From the NCBI RefSeq assembly GCF_036365525.1, contig NW_027140453.1, positions 1,426,001 to 1,490,000 of the forward strand: DNA of 64,000 nt, in the 5' to 3' direction. Shown here in pieces: positions 59,340 through 64,000 of the stretch. Below the pieces are notes generated by a model. It saw only the letters and a program-made list of their open reading frames with translations. It searched no databases and was not told the DNA's origin. The stretch comes from Heterodontus francisci. Lineage: Eukaryota. The translations under genes and the position numbers were made by a program. The stretch's first letter is position 1, and every line of letters begins with the position of its first letter.

Positions 59340-62300
59340 TACTGAGGGAAGTGGGATGGAGTGACTGCGGGAAGTGGAAGGGCGTGAATGAGGGAAGTTG
59401 GATGGAGTGACTGAGGGGAGTGGGATGGGGTGACTGAGGGAAGTGGGATGGAGTGACTGAGGTGAGTGGGATGGGGTGACTGAGGGGAGAGGTATGCGGT
59501 GACTGAGGGGAGAGGGATGTGGTGACTGAGGGGACTGGGATGCAGTGACTAAGGAGAGTGGGATGATGTAATTGAGGGGAGTGGAATACATAGACTGAGG
59601 GGACTGGGATGTAGTGACTGAGGGGAGTGGGATGTAGTGAATGAGAGGAGTGGGATGCACTGACTGAGGGGAGTGGGATGCAGTGACGGAGGGGAATGGG
59701 ATGCAGTGACTGAGGGCAGTGGGATGCAGTAATTGAGGGGAGTGGGATGTAGTGACGGAAGGGAGTGGGATGCAGAGGCTGAGGGGATTGGGATGCAGTG
59801 ACTGGGGAGTGGAATGCACTGATTGAGGGGTGTGGGATGCAGTGACTGAGGGGAGTGGGATGCAGTGACTGAGGGGAGTGGGATGCACTGATTGAGGGGA
59901 GTGGGATGCAGTGACTGAGAGGAGTGGGATGCAGTGGCTGAGGGGAGTGGGATTTGGTGACTGAGGGGAGTGGGATGTGGTGATTGAGGGGAGTGGGATG
60001 CAGTGGCTGAGGGGAGTGGGATGCAGTGACTGAGGGGAGTGGGATGATGTAATTGAGCGGAGTGGGATGCAGTAATTGAGGGAAGTGGGATGTAGAGACT
60101 GAGGGGAGTGGAATGCACTGATTGAGGGGTGTGGGATGCACCGATTGAGGGGAGTGGGATGCAGTGACTGAGAGGAGTGGGATGCTGTGGCTGAGGGGAG
60201 CGGGTTGCAGTGACTGAGAGGAGTGGGATGCACTGATTGAGGGGAGTGGGATGCAGTGACTGAGAGGAGTAGGATGCAGTGGCTGAGGGGTGTGGGTTGC
60301 AGTGACTGAGGGGAGTGGGATGGGGTGACTGAGGGGAGTGGGATGTGGTGACTGAGGAGAGTGGGATGCAGTGACTGAGAGGAATGGGATGGAGGGACTG
60401 AGGGGAGTGGCATGATGTAATTGAGGGGAGTGGGATGCAGTGATTGAGGGGAGTGGGTTGATGTAATTGAGTGGTGTGGGATGTCGTGACATGGGCAGTG
60501 CGATGCATGGACTGAGTGGAGTGGGATGTAGTGACTGAGGGAAGTGGGATGCAGTGACTGAGGGGTGTGGGATGTAGAGACCTAGGGGAGTGGGATGTAG
60601 AGACTGAGGGGAGTTGAATGTGGTGACTGAGGGGAGTGGGATGGGGTGACTGAGGGTAGTGGGATGCAGTGACTGAGGGGAGTGGGATGTAGAGACTGAG
60701 GGGAGTGGGATGTAGTGACTGAGGGGAGTGGGATGCAGTGACTGAGGGGAGTTAGATGCAGTGACTGAGGGGAGTGGGATGATGTAATTAAGGGGAGTGG
60801 GATTAAGTGACTGAGGGGAGTGCGATGCATTGACTAAGGGGACTGGGAAGTAATGATTGAGGGCAGTGGGAAGAAGTGATTAGGGGAGTGGCATGTAGTG
60901 AGTGAGGGGAGTGGGATGTAGAGACTGAGGGGAGTGGGATGTAGTGAGTGAGGGGAGTGGGATGTAATGACTGAGGGGAGTGCGATGTTGAGACTGAGGG
61001 GAGTGGGATGTAGAAACTGAGGGGAGTGCGATGTAGAGACTGGGGGGAGTGGGATGTAGTGGCTGAGGGGAGTGGGATGTAGTGACTGAGGGGAGTTGGA
61101 TGCCGTGACTGAGGGGAGTGGCATGTAGTGACTGAGGGGAGTGGGATGTAGAGACTGAGGGGAGTGGGATGCAGTGACTGAGGGGAGTGGGATGTAATGA
61201 CTGAGGCGAGTGCGATGTTGAGACTGAGGGGAGTGGGATGTAGAAACTGAAGGGAGTGCGGTGTAGAGACTGAGGGGAGTGGGATGTAGTGGCTGAGGGG
61301 AGTGGGATGTAGTGACTGAGGGGAGTTGGATGCCGTGACTGAGGGGAGTGGGATGTAGGGACTGCGAGGAGTGGGATGTAGTGAATGAGGGGAGTTGGAT
61401 GCCGTGAATGAGGGGAATGGGATGTAGAGACTGAGGGGAGTGCGATGTAGAGACTGAGGGGAGTTGGATGCCGTGACCGAGGGGAGTGAGATGTAGAGAC
61501 TGAGAAGAGTGGGATGAGGTGACTGAGGGGAGTGGGAAACAGCGACTGAGGGTAGTATGAGACAGTGACTGAGAGGTGTGTGATACATTCACTCAGGGAG
61601 TGTGATACAGTGACTGAGGGGAGTGTGATACAGTGTCTGAGGGTAGTATGATGCAGTCACTGAGGGGTGTGTGATACAGTCACTCAGGGAGTGTGATACA
61701 GTGACTGAGGGGTGTGTGATACAGTGTCTGAGGGTAGTATGATGCAGTCACTGAGGGGAGTGTGATGCAGCGACTGAGGGTAGTGTGATACAGTGTCTGA
61801 GGGGGATGTGATACAGTGACAGAGGGTAGTGTGATACAGTGACTCAGGGAGTGTGATACAGTGACTGAGGGGAGTGTGATACAGTTACGGAGGGGAGAGT
61901 GATACACTGACTGAGGTGAGTGGGACACAGTGACTGAAGGGAGTGTGATACAGTGACTGAGGGTAGTATGATACAGTCACTGAGGGGAGTGTGATACAGT
62001 GTCTGGGGTTAGTATGATACAGTCATTGAGGGGATGTGATGCAGCGACTGAGGGTAGTGTGATACAGAGTCTGAGGGGGATGTGATACAGTGACTGAGGG
62101 TAGTGTGATACAATGACAGAGGAAGTGTGATACAGTGACAGAGGGGAGTGTGATGCAGGGAGTGAGGGGAGTGTGATGCAGTGACTGAGGGGAGCATGAT
62201 ACAGTGACTGAGGGGTGTGTGATACAGTCACTCAGGGAGTGTGATACAGTGACTGAGGGGAGTGTGATACAGTTACGGAGGGGAGTGTGATACACTGACT

Positions 62301-63000
62301 GAGGGGAGTGGGATACAGTGACTGAAGGGAGTGTGATACAGTGACTGAGGGGTGTGGGATGCAGTGACTGAGGGGAGTAGGATACAGTCAGTGAGGGGAG
62401 TGGGATGCAGCGACTGAGGGTAGTGTGATATAGTGAGTGAGGGGAGTGCGATACAGTGTCTGAGGGGAGTGTGATACACTGACTGAGGGGAGTGGGATAC
62501 AGTGACTGAAGGGAGTGTGATACAGTGACTGAGGGGACTGCGATACAGTGTCTGAGGGGAGTGTGAGACACTGTCTGAGGGGAGTGGGATACAGTGACTG
62601 AGGGGAGTGTGATGCACTGTCTGAGGGGAGTGTGAGACACTGTCTGAGGGGAGTGGGATACGGTGAACTGAAGGGTGTGTGATACAGTGACTGGGGGAGT
62701 GTGATACAGTGACTGAGTAGAGTGTGATACACTGTCTGAGGGGAGTGGAATGCAGTGACTGAAGGGAATATAATGCAGTGACTGAGGGGATTGTGATACA
62801 GTGAGCTGAAGGGAGTGCGATGCAGCGACTGAGGAGAGTGTGATACAGCGACTGACGGGAGTGGGATACAGCGACTGAGGGGAGTGTGATACAGTGACTG
62901 AGGGGAATGTGATAAAGTGACTGAGGGGAATGTGATAAAGTGACTGAGGTGAGTGTAATGCAGTGACTGAGGTGACTGTGATAGAGACTGAGGGCAGCAT
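59340..63000. repeat. 23-bp G-rich minisatellite, paralog of 29801-33320
   Basis: Same sub-array order, differing copy number. Confidence 0.95.
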
Positions 63001-64000
63001 GATGCTCAAACTCAGGAATCCGAGGAACAATCGACTAGAGAATCTACTGAGGTTTCATCCACTACCCACCGGGCTCTCGAAGCTGAGGTATCTGCTTTGT
63101 GGGGTTATCATCGCAGAATCATGGAATCAAAGACTGGTTACGGCACAGAAAGTTTCTGTTCAGCCCATCTACACCGTGCCAGCTCTCTGGCAGTGCAACT
63201 CACCTACTCCCACTCCTGCCATTTTCCTGTCGCCCTGCAGATTGTTTCTGCCATGACAATTATCCAATTCCCTTTTGAAAGCCTCAATTAAACCTGCCTC
63301 CAGCACACTCTCATGCAGTGCATTTCAGATCCTAACCACTCACTGTGTGAAAAGGTTTCCCTGTCTCTGTTGTGACTTTTACCACTCACCTAAACCCGTT
63401 GCTCTCTAGTTCTGGATCCTCCCACCAAGAGGAACAGTTTTTCCCTGACTACTCTGTCCAGTTCCCTCTTGATTATGAACATCTTGCTCAAATCTCCTCT
63501 TAATCTTCTCTTCTCCACGGAGAACAGCCCCAGCTTCTCCGATCTATTCATGTCACTGACGTCCCTCATCCCGGGAACCATTCTGGTAAATCTTCTCTGC
63601 ACCCTCTCAAATACCTTAACATCCTTCCTAAGTATTGACCGCTCTCTCGACCTGTCTTGCCACCTTCAATGATTTGTGCACATGTCCCCCCAGGTCCCAC
63701 TGCCCCTGCACCTCCTTTAGAATTGTATCCTTTATTTTATATTGCCTCTCGTTCGTCCGACCAAAATGAATCACTTCACAATTCTCTGTGATAAATTTCA
63801 TTTGCCAGTGTCTGCCCATCCCACCAGCCTGTCTATAACCTCCTGACGTCTATTACTATCCTCCTCACAGTTCACAATACAACCAGGTTTTGTGTCATCT
63901 GCAGAATTTGAAAGTGTGCCCTGTCCGCCCCAGTCTATGTCGTTAATATACATCAGGAAAAACAGTGGTCTGAGCATTATTAGAGAGCAGAACACAGATG

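Larger units (their letters stand above)
46403..64000. repeat. Large segmental duplication, unit B (runs off window)
   Basis: See unit A. Confidence 0.95.

Noticed and set aside
1-64000. D, J or C segments, 12-RSSs, and ZP/EGF exons
   Set aside because: No FGxG J motif with RSS, no C1 domain and no ZP cysteine pattern found by eye; a formal scan could still find degenerate ones.

Overview
Repeat-rich cartilaginous-fish (shark-type) genomic DNA. The taxon is inferred from HE1/V-SINE-like SINEs, CR1/L2/RTE LINE relics and the V-gene types. Two interleaved gene systems are present. (1) Minus strand: seven T-cell receptor V segments, most like TCR-beta V (CAWS/CAAS/CGA endings). Six end in a 23-bp-spacer RSS. 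One looks fully functional, one is an open ORF with Trp41->Arg, and five are pseudogenes produced by local tandem duplication. (2) Plus strand, among the V segments: two tandem copies (about 29.5 kb apart) of a multi-exon gene assembled by hand from splice sites. Copy 1 encodes a ~380-aa predicted secreted protein: signal peptide, two uromodulin/GP2/OIT3-type D8C (D10C) domains, a Ser/Thr/Pro/Glu stalk and a short C-terminal module, with no ZP domain, EGF domain or membrane anchor seen. Copy 2 runs off the window end. The duplicating unit is a cassette of one TCR V plus one D8C gene. The D8C domains keep the sequon equivalent to the GP2 FimH-binding N65 glycan, have lost both cysteines of one disulfide, and differ mainly in two loop patches. 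The rest is LINE/SINE debris (including a CR1>SINE>RTE nest), short Penelope-like elements with minimal hammerhead motifs, and several minisatellites. Most ORFs in the supplied track are repeat artefacts. All family calls are from motif recognition, not database searches.
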